This document shows, piece after piece, positions 12,492 through 25,820 of a stretch of DNA of 64,000 nt. The notes beneath the pieces were generated by a model, which was not told the origin of the DNA, did no database searches, and was given only the letters and a program-made list of their open reading frames with translations. The stretch comes from Chrysomallon squamiferum. Its lineage: Eukaryota > Animalia > Mollusca. The translations under genes and the position numbers were made by a program. The stretch covers positions 4,712,001-4,776,000 of the forward strand of contig CM022669.1 of assembly GCA_012295275.1 (NCBI GenBank). The letters run 5' to 3'. Position 1 is the stretch's first letter, and each line of letters begins with the position of its first letter.

Positions 12492-12990
12492 TTCTTATTA
12501 CTGATAGTAATACTTGTATACCCCAACAGGCAAACGATATAGTCATATTGTTATTTGACTTATTCGTTTAAAGTAAGAGAATTTTGTTTAACTGTTATTT
12601 TATTTATTTTATTTTTTGTTTGTTTTTGTTTTTAATTTATAAAGTTTATACAATTTAGGGTCATTGTTTTAAAATTTTAAGCGTTAATTGGAACGAATAA
12701 AACCAACAGCTCGATAGGTATATTATTTGAAACTCAGTTTCGAAGTGCTCGAGGCATTTATAGTGAACATGAATAGTTAAGCAGGGAAATATGATACTAA
12801 TCTAGATTAATATTATTTTAAATGTTCTTCTATTAAAAGCAGTTATTATTTTCCATAAACATAAAAATATTACCCATGCAGTTTTATCACTTTTATTACA
12901 TGAAAAATGTATCTAATTATTATTATTATTATTTACACTTCTTATTACTGATAGTAATACTTGTATACCCCAACAGGCAAACGATATAGT
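12485..12990. repeat. Identical 59-bp direct repeat (12485-12543 and 12932-12990)
   Basis: TTTACACTTCTTATTACTGATAGTAATACTTGTATACCCCAACAGGCAAACGATATAGT occurs twice, each copy downstream of a (TTA)n tract. Confidence 0.9.
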
Positions 12991-13255
12991 TTTTCTGGTT
13001 AGTTAAACTTATGAAATATGTAAATTTCATTACATTTTTTGTTTAATTTTATTTATTCATTTATATATATATATATATTTATTTATTTATTATTTTTAAT
13101 TCGATTTAGCGTAATAAGAAGGGGAGAAGTTAACTATTTTTACATTCTTTGCTCCGCCTGTTTAATGTGTGTTCGGCTGCATAACCAAAAAATACCAGTC
13201 TAGCCTTTTCGTAACAACATGGTGGAACACGAGGGTTGAAATATAAATAGACAAA

Positions 13256-15831
13256 ATGCGTATTGAAAAGTGTTATTTTTGTTCCTCAAATATATATCCT
13301 GGTCATGGTATTCAGTTTGTAAGAAACGACTGCAAGGTAATTTATTTCTCATGAACAAGTTTTTCATCCACAATATCTTTTACTTTATAAAAAGAACAGC
13401 ATCATAAATGATTCATATCCGATATCGTTACTCAGTTCACAGTTTTTCAGTCACTGATTCAGTGATTGAATCATACGTCTCGTGGAATCGTTGGCTATAC
13501 AGTATGAGTATACGAACGATAAGAGATTTAATTATTAATATTATTATTTTGTTTGGGTACGATAGAGAATTTATTTTTTAAATTATAAAAAAATCATTAT
13601 AATTTGATATTAAGTTATTAACCATAATAAAATTATATGAAAGTATTATTAGGGTTTTTTTTTCTTCAAATTAGTATTTACTAAGTGACTAATTAAAACT
13701 TTGAAATTTGAAAGATTTTCGTTTTGTCGTAAGAAAATAATTACTGCTCACATTCACAGCTAATTTTATTAACTTAAAATAACCATGTCAATGAATAATG
13801 AATAGTTTATTTTCATTAGAATCATATGGCTTTCAAATTTCTAAGGCATATTTTATACATACCATTTATTCTTTTAGCTATAAGCCTATAACTAATTATA
13901 TATATATATTTTCAGATTTTTAGATTTTGCCGATCAAAATGCCATAAAGCCTTCAAAAAGAAGAGAAATCCAAGGAGATCTAAATGGACCAAAGCTTTCA
14001 GAAAAGCTGCTGGTAAAGACTTGGCTGTGGACCCATCATTTGAGTTTGAAAAACGAAGAAATGTACCAATCAAATATGACAGACAACTTTGGAACACAAC
14101 AAGTAAGTAATGTTTGTATTAAAATTTAAGAGTGAAATATATCCATAGATTTTGTTTATTTCGAATTATAATTATTAACAAGGACATAGACCATTTAATT
14201 TGAAATAAATTAATCCATTCTCTCATCCAAGCACATCATTATACCTCTCTTTCTCATACATAAACACACACACACACACATACACTGTCACAGAGATTCC
14301 CAGAGTTGTAAATGTATATCTGTCTAGGGCATGTTACTGCCCAAGTTGGCTCTCTCTAGGGGTATTAGGTATGGGATCTGTTTATGCAATATATTATAAA
14401 TACTGATCATTTTTGTACACTAGAACACAACAAACACAAGAGACTTTTAAAAACTGTATTCACACTAGTTTTGAATATTTAATAATCAATACAGTAGTAA
14501 AGACTAATATAGATGAATAGAAATATTGTAATCTCATGCAGGTTAATACAACGAAAACAGAAAATATATATATATATATATATAATCAGTTCCCAAGTGT
14601 GTTCAGTTATGACTTAACAAAACAAAATCTCCGGTTTTATAAGAAAGAAAAGGGACTTGTGTTATTTGGCAACATGTTACAAACCTTGCCACTAGATGTC
14701 TGTCACCAGATCATTCTGAGAAACAAGAGCCTGTAACACCCACCACATCTGAGTGATAATTAATCCTGCAATTCCCATGCTTTTTGTTGATTTGGCAGAC
14801 TGAATCAATAGTCAGGATACAAGTGACATTTACATGTGGAAGATTCTTCTGTCACACACACAACCAGTTTCTGTCATACATATTTACTCTTCATTGTCTG
14901 CTGTGTCTTAAAATACATGTGTTTACTGGTTTACTTCTGTTTCTATTTCTCAAAAACAAAGAAAGCATGTAGTTAATATATATTGTCTATATTATGACTT
15001 GATAAAACAATAATTTTTAAAGAACATTATAACTTAAATAAAGATAAAGTTATATTATTATTATTTTTTTTTTTTTTATTTATACTTGGTAAAAACATTG
15101 TTATCTGAATATCAAACATCCTATAAAATAGTAAGGAATAATTAAAAACAATTTTATTTACTGTATAAAACATTAAGTTGTAAAAATTATTGTTATTGTT
15201 TCATATTTTATATTTATATATATACATGTATACATATTTTTTTCAGATTTATATTATGTCCTGCTGTGTGCATAATTATAATTGATCTGAGTTTAACATC
15301 ATGCAACGATATTACTGTTAAGAGAAGAAGCCATTAGCATGATATAAAATTATAATTTTTTTATATGAAACAGTAAAACTAAATATCTAATGCAGTGACT
15401 GAGTTTGTATGTGTCTTGAATAAACTGAAATATAAATATAGATATATCATAGGGGAAATTGAAAATTTGTATTTTAAAATTTTTGAATGTTACTTTTTAA
15501 AAATAATATTTTGAATGTTTAATTCTTAAAATGTATTTATATTCTGTGACCAGTTAAATATATTGATCCCCCTTGCCTAAATCATGTTTACTAATCATTC
15601 CCAATGTTTTTATTACACAGGTATTCAAAAGATAAATTAATTTTTAACACTTTAATGTCATTTGGCAAACACTCTTTAACAAAATGTGTTAATAAATATT
15701 TCTGTTGCCAGGTCCAGTGCTTTGATACAGTTATCAGACACATACATATTTTTATCAAGTAAAAGATTAGTGGTTGTCATTAGCAACATTGTCAAGAATT
15801 TGCTAAATGTACAGTCATTTTTCCATGATAC

Positions 15832-15865
<34 letters not shown>

Positions 15866-17127
15866 TATTGTTTTGTTTTTTGTGTTATTTTATTTATTAC
15901 AGTTTATTTTGTTTAAGTTTTCACTGTGTGCTACTACTGTAGTAAGACTGTTCTTTAAACAGTAGTTTACAACCTGTGTCAGGTCTGATGGGTAGTGGGT
16001 CAGCTGTCTTTTCTTCCATGGAGTTATTTTAAAACTGTCTTCTGTGGCTAGAATTTTAAAAGCAATATGTTTCCTCTCTTGGATCTCAGTTTTAAACAAA
16101 TAAGAATCATATAATGATTTTACAATTATTATTATTATTTTTATATATAAAACCACATTTCTAAACCAGGCTAAAGTAAAAAAAAAAAAAAATTAAATTT
16201 TATTTATTTATTATTATTATTTTACATTTAAATCACATCACATAACAATGCAGTCTTAGGAAATTCTCACATCAAAGTATGGGATGACTACAGAAAGATT
16301 TATGCCATTGTTTTAGCCAAAGTTGATTGATATCCAAATCAAATTATAAAATAGCTAATGTTTTAGGCAAGTGTGACTAAAATCGTTTTGAGAAAATAGA
16401 AAGAAAACTTAAATAAATCAGCTTATTCTGAAATTTTATTTTTAACTTTCAGTGAAGGCAATTGAAAGAATAGAAGAAATCAGGACAAAGAGACAAGATC
16501 AGTTCATCAAAAACAGGTTTGTTTTTATTTAACAGATTATTACTATGATATAGATTACATAATTAACAAAATGTTTTCATAATTGTTAATATATCTAATG
16601 GACAAATCCTTGTTTTAGTGTCAAATGACTGAATTAACCAAGACTTTGATGTACATTTCCTTATATATGGGAAGGTACATAATATTAATGATTTTTTGTA
16701 ACTTATCAAAATTGTTTCCACCATTTTCATTATTATGGATAATTATCCATTTGCCAAATTTTAATGTTATATGTGATGTTTTGTTTATTCACAGATTAAA
16801 GAAAGGAAAAGAGCTGAGAAAGGAAGCAGACATAAAAGAGGTTGAGAAGAACATTCATCTGATCCAAGCACCAGGAGGTATGTTAACTGTTGACAATGTC
16901 TGTTGATCATTTATATAATACTGACTCACAAAATCACACTGATTATCCTGTGGTAATTTTATCTGACATGTATTAGGTATAAAATAGGTTTTCCAGCAAG
17001 CATGAAGGTTATGATTTGTTCTTAAGCTATTTTTTTTTTTTTTTTTTCAGCCAAATCGGCAAAGAAGGAACAGAAAATGGTGGAGGTTATTATGGAGCAA
17101 GATGATGATGACATGGAAGAAAATTAA
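13256..17127 (+). CDS. RSL24D1: Probable ribosome biogenesis protein RLP24 (ribosomal L24 domain-containing 1), 163 aa
   Basis: Exons 13256-13336 ([27 protein letters not shown]), 13916-14102 ([59 protein letters not shown]), 16453-16516, 16795-16877, 17051-17127. Total 492 nt, in frame. Hallmark RLP24/L24e zinc-finger sequence. Confidence 0.95.
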
Positions 17128-18050
17128 AAATTACATTTGACTTTTTGTTTTTACTGTGTTCATTTGGTGATGCTAAACAAACAGCCCAAACACCTTCTAG
17201 CACGAATCTTTAATAATAATAATGTCTAAAAGAGCAAGATAATACATAAAGGTTCATTTTTTACCTTTTATTATAAGTTCATTTTTCATATAGAAAGGAC
17301 ATTAGAAGACAAGGTAAAATATCACTTTTAGTCGATCTTCTTTTCTTTGTTATTTTATTCTTATAATTTATTTTGATCAGAAATTGGGTTTTTGGAGAAA
17401 GAAAAAATAGTGTGCATCTTGGAAGCGTGCAGAATGTACACGACTATTTTAAACAGTTTTTTTATTTACTTTAGGCACTTGACTTTGATTATTTTTGTCA
17501 CTCTTTATCAACATCTGAATAAAAAAACATTTCAAGCCAGAAAAAAAGGACTCAATAAATATTATTCCGTATTTTAAAAAACAAACAATTGTCGTCTTTT
17601 TTATCTCTGAAATAACTTACTGTAAAATCTCAGTAATTCTTTTGTTCGCAAATGATAATAACATTGCAAAAATCACCTTACTACTGTTACTAAAATTTAA
17701 AAATAAAAAAAAATAATAAAAATTCTATTTCTCTGAGTCAGAAGTTTATTTACAACAACCTAAATATAAATAGGACAGCTTTCGTCTACATACTGGATAT
17801 CTGTTAATGGAAACGAAACGTTTTGTTTCTGAATACTCTTCATATCCTTTTAATCTACAGTTATGAAATGTCATGCATAATTATTGTGGTTAAAAATAAA
17901 ACCAAGGCGAGACAGATACTGAGATATTCAAAGTAAATTTTTATATAGTGTGCACTTTTCAATAGCAACATTTTGACATTTTTTATTCGACATTTTGGAT
18001 CTTATATCTTTTTTTTTAATCGCTTAAATACGTTGTTGCAGTATGAAAAT

Positions 18051-18088
<38 letters not shown>

Positions 18089-20057
18089 TTTCTTGTTAAA
18101 GTATTCTGTAAACCGTTAATTACTGTATTCGTTCGTATATAATACGCATTGCTCATTAAGGCCATTAAATCCTGGAATAAATATATATCGTATGCAGATC
18201 GTATCATTTAGTTCTCGAGTATAATTTTAGAGTGTACAGCCTAATAAAATGTGTGTATTATACATGAATAAATACGGTAAATTCTTTTTAGACGTTTAAA
18301 AATCTTCGGTTTTCCTCCTACTTTTTTTGTTGTTTTTTTTTTTTTTTTTTTTTTTTTTGCAGTGTATTTATTTTCACCAAATTTTATTAGGCAAGATTTG
18401 TTAACAAGTAATATACATCACATAGTGTATAAAATTTCAGCTGGTAAAATTATATTGAAACAAGAAATATATGAACACCGTCGATTAATGTTAAGCTAGA
18501 TGAAAACAAATAATAATAAAAATAAAAAATAAAAACCCACAAAAAACAAAAATAGAACAACAATAAACTCTTGTTTAGAGTCACCCCGACCTCCGAGTAT
18601 TTTTTAATTTTTCTAAATAATAATCTTCAAACAGTGATAAAAAACTGAAAACAACGTTTATAATTTATAGTCATCTCGCAATTGCTGCTAACTTCATCCT
18701 CACGACAGTGGTCTCTGTCGGACAAAAAATGAACCACTTGCGCCTGCGTATTAATTTCAGTTCGACCATTATGAGGCATTGTCAGGTCATAGAATAGAAG
18801 GTTCAGACATTTTTTGATGTGTACTTAAATAAGATGAATTATGACAAAAGTGTGCTGTTTGCCTTCACTCACTCTATACATATTTCTAATACATTTTCGC
18901 TTTAAATTCATGTAGATGAGCTTTCATTTGAACAATTTTTTTTGAGCAACTTTAATGTTTTCTGGTGCTGTTTTTAGCTGGAAGTTTCTGTGATGTGTAT
19001 CTAAACACACACACGTACGCACTCACTTACACATACATATCCTCACACCTAGCCTTTTATATACAAAAAACCCTGATGTATGTCAGACAATGTGGCAAGT
19101 TGCCTTTGGTTAGGTCTTTTGCTCATCATTGTATACTTCTTGCCCCATTTTGCTTTTCGTAAGAAAATGAGTATCATACTTCGTTCATAAGCTGTGTTTG
19201 TTAATCTTATAATTAAGTTTCTTGCTGGTATTTTTTTTTTTTTTTTCTTTTTTCTTTTTTTTCTTTTTTTTTACCAAATATCTAACAACGTTATGCATGA
19301 GAACGAAAGAAATATAGGCCTATATGTTGAGAGAGTGCGAGCTTTATGGAAGAAGGCCAATAATATATATATGTATATATATACACATATATACAAATTT
19401 CAGTCTTGTATTTTCTTGATTACGTGTCTGTTCGAAAATTGGTTAGCCTGGTTGACATCGCTAATGTTATCTGTTTTGAGCTGCGTCTGGCTTTTGGCGG
19501 GCTTTTTGCGTCACTGAATTATAATTCTTACTATCGTTACCATTTCGCCGAAAGAAAAATGTTTTCTAACATCTTTAATACAGTTCATATCATTTCCAAT
19601 CTGTAAGTTTTTGCTTTGTTTTTTTTTCTAATATACACCAATAGCTATTTTATAACAAAAAAAAAAAAAAAAATCGTCACGCCCGAGGGTGATGCATTTT
19701 TTTTTTTTTTTTTTATGAGGGGTTCTGAAGGACAGAATTTGGCATTTCCAATGTTCTGCCATCAGTCAGGACATAGGTCAGACTATCGGTCAACTGTCTG
19801 ACTCTTTCCTTACACGCAGTGAAGCTTTAAGCACGATTGCTGGACACTCAATCGAAGACTGGGTAACCACCCACAACTGAACGATCGCATAGAGCCAACC
19901 CGTAGATTTGTCAGCAGAAATTTTAAATTCCTTCGGCGAGAAGGTATTTGAGTGTTATCTTGACGTTACTGTACCCTCTCATTGATCAGTGCCCTTAAAA
20001 TATATCAGTGGCAGACAGCTTTGTTGAGATCAGGAGTCACTGGGGAAAAAAACAAAC

Positions 20058-21385
20058 ATGGGTTCACAGAAAGTCAGTAGACATCTGGTAGTTAGAAATG
20101 AACTAGGAAGAGAAATGCTGGCAGAATTCATCGGAACATTCATCCTTGTTGTAAGTTTTGTTACGTTATTGTTATTTTTATTATTATTGATTCTATTGTT
20201 GATTTTATTGTTGCAACTACGAGAAGTACTTTTACTACAACTACTATTTCATACTGTTACTACCTTCACTACTACTACTGTTAGCACTACTATTACTACT
20301 ACTATTCTACTACTTTTATAGCTACTACTAATATTACCCTATTACTATTTCTATTTACTACTACTGTTACTGTTACTACTTCTATTACCTCTACTAGTAT
20401 TGCTACTTTTATTTACTGCAACTACTAACTACTACTACTATTACTACTACTTCAATTATAACTACCGTTACTCAAATTAAAACTGCTTTTGTTTTGCATC
20501 TGGTGAAAATCCAGCTATCTTACAACTCTTTTTATAACGATTTACTGATAATTTAGAATTATTCCATGCAGTTTGTTCATCAATAATTAAAGCAAACAGA
20601 TTTCAAGAACACTAAAAACTTTAATTTAAAAATATTAAACAAATTCTTGAATGTAATATAATCTCATTGTTTTTATCACCATTTCAGACATTTCTCTGCT
20701 ATGAAAAAAAACTTTGAAAACATAACATAAACATTAATTTTTTCAAGATATCCTATTTCAGTTTTCCCTCTTTGAACACTAAATTCAAAATATATCAAAG
20801 ACTGATCACAATCTCAGTTTTCAAATTTAAGAAAAATAGCTCTTTTCCAAAATTAAGGAGCGTATTATGTAAACATTTTGAAAACATGACAATAAATATT
20901 TTTCTGCTTTTAAGAAATAAAAATAAAAAATTATATGACTTCCCAGAAAGATAATAAATATCTAAACATTTATTTTTTTCTATTTTCCATATTAAGTTTA
21001 AACAAATAATAATAATATTTTTAAAAATATTAAAGACGGGTAAGGCTGGTGGGACGAACCTCTCTTGTTTTTGATTCTGTTTTCTCCGAAGACGTATCAA
21101 GGACAGGTCGCGTGTACAGAGTAATAGTAAAATACACAAATACCCTCAAAACACTATTTATGACCTCTCTTCGAGACAGCACTAACAAAATGATTAATGG
21201 TTACTCGTTACGACATTTTCAAGCTCGATACTTTTTCTTTTGACTGTCTGCATTTGTTGAATGTCTTATCGGTTATTTTGTATGTCTTATCAGTTATTTT
21301 GTAGCGGATTAGTATATATGGAGCATATTATGCACTAATAAAAGAAAGGGATATAAAATTACATATATATATATATTGCATATGT

Positions 21386-21465
<80 letters not shown>

Positions 21466-22053
21466 ATATAAAATTACATATGCATTAAATATATATATAT
21501 ATATGCATACATATATATATCCATATGTATTATGTAAACATATGTATTATGTATTATGCATATATACATATGCATTATGTAAACACTGATACATCCCATC
21601 ATCCGTCATTACATACGTACATACATGCATAAAGGTAAGTAGATACACACTCAACTAAATTTATTTAATTTGATAGGTGTAAAGTCCCCATGTACCGCAT
21701 AAATTATCTCGACAAATAACAAATATTTCAAATAAACTGATGAACATTACTTATGTGACAGCAAATTTTAAAATTTAATACTATTTTTTCTTCTTCTTCT
21801 TCTTGAACATTTCATTTTTTTCTCTGTATTGGTTTACATGTTTTACGAGGTGTTTTAAATTAAAAGGTTAAGATAAAGTCAGTTCCTTAAACTATTTAGA
21901 TCTCGTTATCATGATCGTCTGTGATCGTTAAATATTTTGATTCCGTGAAATTTATTCCAAAACAGCTTGTCATAAATTCTCGACAACAACAAAAACAACA
22001 ACAACAACAACAACAATAATAATAATAATGAAAAAGAGAAGATGACGACGAAC

Positions 22054-22096
<43 letters not shown>

Positions 22097-23031
22097 CATA
22101 AAAGAGAGAATAAAAAACAAAAGAAGATGAGAGCATCAAACATAAAACAATAATAATAAAAAAAAAAATCCTTTCTAAAATAACTAATAAATAATCAGTA
22201 CTCCCAAAACAAATTATTATTATTATTATTTTTTTATTTTTTTTCAGACTTTTGCTGTTGGTTCCGGTGCTCAGTACACTCTCAGTAGACAGGAACTCAG
22301 CAGTTTCTTCACGGTGAACGCTGCTGGCGGAATGGGACTAGCGCTCGGGATATACTGGTCTGGCGGAGTCTCCGGTATGTCAAAATCAAACACCACGTGA
22401 CTTAGGATTAAAAAAAAAGTATTCTCTCTGAAAGTTGTACTGACTTGACTAATCGAACTGCGTTTTGTGTTCTACAAGTTGTGACCGAGTCACGTGATTT
22501 AAGAGTAATGTTAACATGACAGTGAATCACCACGAGGTCGCACAGCAATAAATCTATACAAGTAAATCGTTGGCCTACTTAGTTCAGTGGTAGATTAACA
22601 TTTCGATATACAACAAGACGTAGGAACAATCCTCCTTAGTACCCGCAGTAAATTTAGTTTGAGTCAGAGCACCATAACATTTTCAAAGGCTAATTTACGT
22701 TAGTGAAATAACAATATTTACGACAATCACTCTGTTAGAATATTGACCATTATATATGTTACTTATAGAACAACATAACTATAATATATATCCCCATACG
22801 CAAAATAGATTTCTTTGCCTTCGTAATAATATTTATTTATTTTTAAAGGAGGTTATTTGAATCCGTGTGTAACGCTTGCTTTCTGTCTTCGTGGAAACAC
22901 GCCGTGGTGGAAGTTGCCTTTCTATGCCGTAGCCGAGCTACTAGGCGCCTTCGTGGCTGCTGCCGTGCAGTTTGGCGTCTATTATGGTTGGTCTTTTATA
23001 TATTTATAACGTTCTCCAGAGCGCTGTAGTA

Positions 23032-23076
<45 letters not shown>

Positions 23077-25358
23077 GTTGTAGTTGTAGTCGTAGTAGTA
23101 AAAGCGTGTTATTTAATGAGAAATATCTTAACCACCATGCAAAGTAATCTTTAGATATTTTAATGAATACAACATAGTCTGATTCTTCTTGGGTTCAGTT
23201 TTAGATGTATATTTGTAGTAAATAAGATTATATACTCAAGGCTGGATTTCCCATATAGGCTTTCAAGGCTAGAGCTTAGGGCGGCAGTTTATGAAAATTG
23301 TTACTGGCCAGTGGTGCCAACTGTGCGCCTTTCGCACAATAAATCCGACCTTGTATATACTGTATATTTAATTAATGAAGGCATATTGTATGTATGTTTC
23401 GTCGGAATTTTCTTCTATTATAATTCATTTATTGACACAATGCTTCACTGTCATCATTTCACATATTCTAATAATAATACTTAGATGCCATCAACCACTA
23501 CGACGGCGGAATTAGATCAACGGAAGGAGTGAACGCAACGGCGGGGATATTTTCAACTTTTCCAACACCGTACGTTTCAACACTCAGTTGTTTCTTTGAC
23601 CAGGTACACTGCACCCCTAGTTTGCATCATTTAATACACCTGTGATTTAGATCATTATCGAAATACCTTTCTGGTTCTAAAACATAAATTTAACATCTTA
23701 AACGTTCTTCCCAAATGTAACCTTGACCTTGATGTATCTTAACCACAACAAATGGCATATACTTGATTACTTGACTTTTTCACGCCTAACTGGTAAAACA
23801 TTATTATGGTTTTGATGTACAAATCAAAGAATCCAGATCTGAAAATCTGTAACAGCTTTATAATAGCTGTTACTTAAATAAAATTCAATAATAAATCATA
23901 AAACGCAAGTTATGAAAACAGACATTTTTAAACCTTTTCGCTACGTGCTTGTACATTATACATTATAAACCAGTTCTGATTCTGCTTATTTCTTTTTGTG
24001 TTGGCCGAACAGGTGTTTGGTACGTTCATTTTGATTGGCTGTATCCTGGCAATTACTGATAGGAAGAATATGCTACCGAACAAAGGTCTTTTGCCATTGG
24101 CTCTCGGTTCTATTGTGTTCGCTATTGGCACGTGCTGGGCGCTCAACTGCGGCTACGCAATCAACCCAGCTAGAGATTTTGGTCCCCGACTGTTCACGGT
24201 TGTAGCTGGGTGGGGTCTCGCCCCTTTAAGGTGTGTTTAAAACTGTCAGTTTTAAAGTATGGCGATACTAATAATATATAGATTAAATACTTTTTGTAAA
24301 TCTCATAATGACTTTTAAGATACGTATTTTTATAATAGTCGTAGCGACCAGTTTTAAAATGTAGTAAATAGTAATGCTGGTTTGAACACCTTGTTTATCG
24401 GTTTAGGTAATTATTTTTATAGATTAATCTTCAGTAATATTAAGAAATATTTTAAAATCATTAATTTAGGCTATATATTATTATTATTATTATTTATTTC
24501 GTTTTTCTTTTTTTCTTTCTTTCTTTCTTTCTTTCTTTTTATTTCTATTGTTTTTTTTTTTTTTTTTTTTTTTTAGAGATTTATCCTCAGTACTAATCAT
24601 AAAGTTTGACGTTAGGCCTAATACAGATATTTGAAGTTAGACAAGATATCATACGAGCTGATGTAGGTGTATCGTAAAGAACTTCAGTATAAAGTTACAT
24701 TTTCATGGGTTTTTCTTTTAGTTTTCGAAATTACAACTGGTTCTGGGTTCCAATCGCTGGTCCTCTTTTTGGCACTGTATTAGCATGGATTGTGTACATG
24801 GTCTTCGTAGAACTGCACTGGGAACCAGATGCTGTTGACAACGCCATGTCCGACGTAGTCAAGCAAGCTAACATGGAAATGAAGGTGTACGATAATGAAA
24901 AACTTAATAAGTTTGAAATGGATAATGAAGGGTTTGTACCTGGTACGTATAATGGTCACGCCAGGACTCAGTTTAATGTGACTTTTTGTAACAGCTCGCG
25001 AATTGTTAAGCTGCTTCATTCATTTAGTACCTTAAATACTAGAATTGTACTGTTTCACTTTATCTACTTTAAAAAAAAAAAAATTCCCAATAGTTATAAA
25101 TGTATTTTATGCCTGTATCTTTTTAAATATTCAATTTTCATAGGCTATAATTATATAACCCTTTATTTAACTATCTGTATTAGTATATGTTACTGGAAAT
25201 ATGTCTGTCTTTGCATATGTATAACATAGTATTATCATTTTGTATTTTTGTTTTTTTTATTTTTATTCACAAGAAAGTAAACAGTGTAAATATTTCCTAG
25301 GTGTGTATCTATTATATAATTTATTTATTTTTCAGATGATGTTAGAACGAAGTTGTGA
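20058..25358 (+). CDS. Aquaglyceroporin (AQP3/7/9/10-like MIP channel) with NPC and NPARD motifs
   Basis: Exons 20058-20150, 22248-22374, 22849-22986, 23485-23603, 24013-24230, 24722-24942, 25336-25358. Motifs LAEFIGTFILV, SGGYLNPCVT, TAGIFSTFP, CGYAINPARDFGPRLFT, WFWVPIAGP. The Asp after the second NPAR marks the glyceroporin class. Internal exons are 127/138/119/218 nt with consistent phases. The last short exon (DDVRTKL*) is less certain. Confidence 0.93.
21395..21462. repeat. (TA)n microsatellite
   Basis: Long pure TA run in aquaglyceroporin intron 1. Many other (TA)n, (TAA)n, (CA)n and (CAGA)n tracts occur throughout the window. Confidence 0.9.
22572..22645 (+). mobile_element. Possible degenerate tRNA-derived SINE head
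   Basis: GGCCTACTTAGTTCAGTGGTAG resembles an A-box and is followed about 45 nt later by a degenerate B-box-like GGAACAATCC. No intact cloverleaf. Confidence 0.3.
23237..23353. mobile_element. hAT-family MITE, 117 bp, in aquaglyceroporin intron 3
   Basis: Imperfect 13-bp TIRs CAAGGCTGGATTT and AAATCCGACCTTG, flanked by a perfect 8-bp target-site duplication TATATACT (23229-23236 and 23354-23361). Confidence 0.8.
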
Positions 25359-25729
25359 CATCCCAGAAAACTGCGCAAACTTCTGCAGTTAAATATTATT
25401 TTGCTGAGTGTTGTTTTCACCCAGTACTGAACTATGACGATATTATTAAATATGTGTAAAGCCTGCTGTATTCAGTACATAGAGACATACACCAAAACTT
25501 AAGATGTACAAGTGTCAGAATATAAGAATGAAAGAAGGAAAAAAACAACAAAATAACAACAAAAAATCACACCAAAAAAAAAAATAAAAAACCCCCCAAA
25601 AATAAAAACAACAATAACCAGATTAAAAAAGTGCACATCAAAATGACAAGTAAGTTTTCACTTCCTTTCCAATATAAAATAAAAACAGAAAAAAAGAAAA
25701 GTGATGGGTTTATTTAGGGTCATGGCGCA

Positions 25730-25820
25730 GTGAGGGTTAGGGTTAATATTAGCCTATCCTTAATGCTAATTTTAATTTTGTGTTGGGGATAGGCTAATAT
25801 TAAGTGTTAGGGTCAGGTCA
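25730..25820. repeat. Palindromic element with TTAGGG-like flanks downstream of the aquaglyceroporin stop codon
   Basis: Perfect 17-bp inverted repeat TTAATATTAGCCTATCC (25743-25759) and GGATAGGCTAATATTAA (25787-25803), with GGGTTAGGG and TTAGGG on either side. Confidence 0.75.

Noticed and set aside
14590-16156. Higher-complexity patches in RSL24D1 intron 2 that might be a nested gene or pseudogene on the minus strand
   Set aside because: The frames I translated contain stops and no recognisable domain; at most a decayed repeat.
13337-16452. Intronic snoRNAs in RSL24D1 (e.g. GTGATAA..CTGA at about 14753-14813; ATCATGC..GCATGAT hairpin at about 15298-15353)
   Set aside because: No canonical C box with terminal stem and no complete two-hairpin H/ACA layout. 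snoscan or Infernal would be needed.
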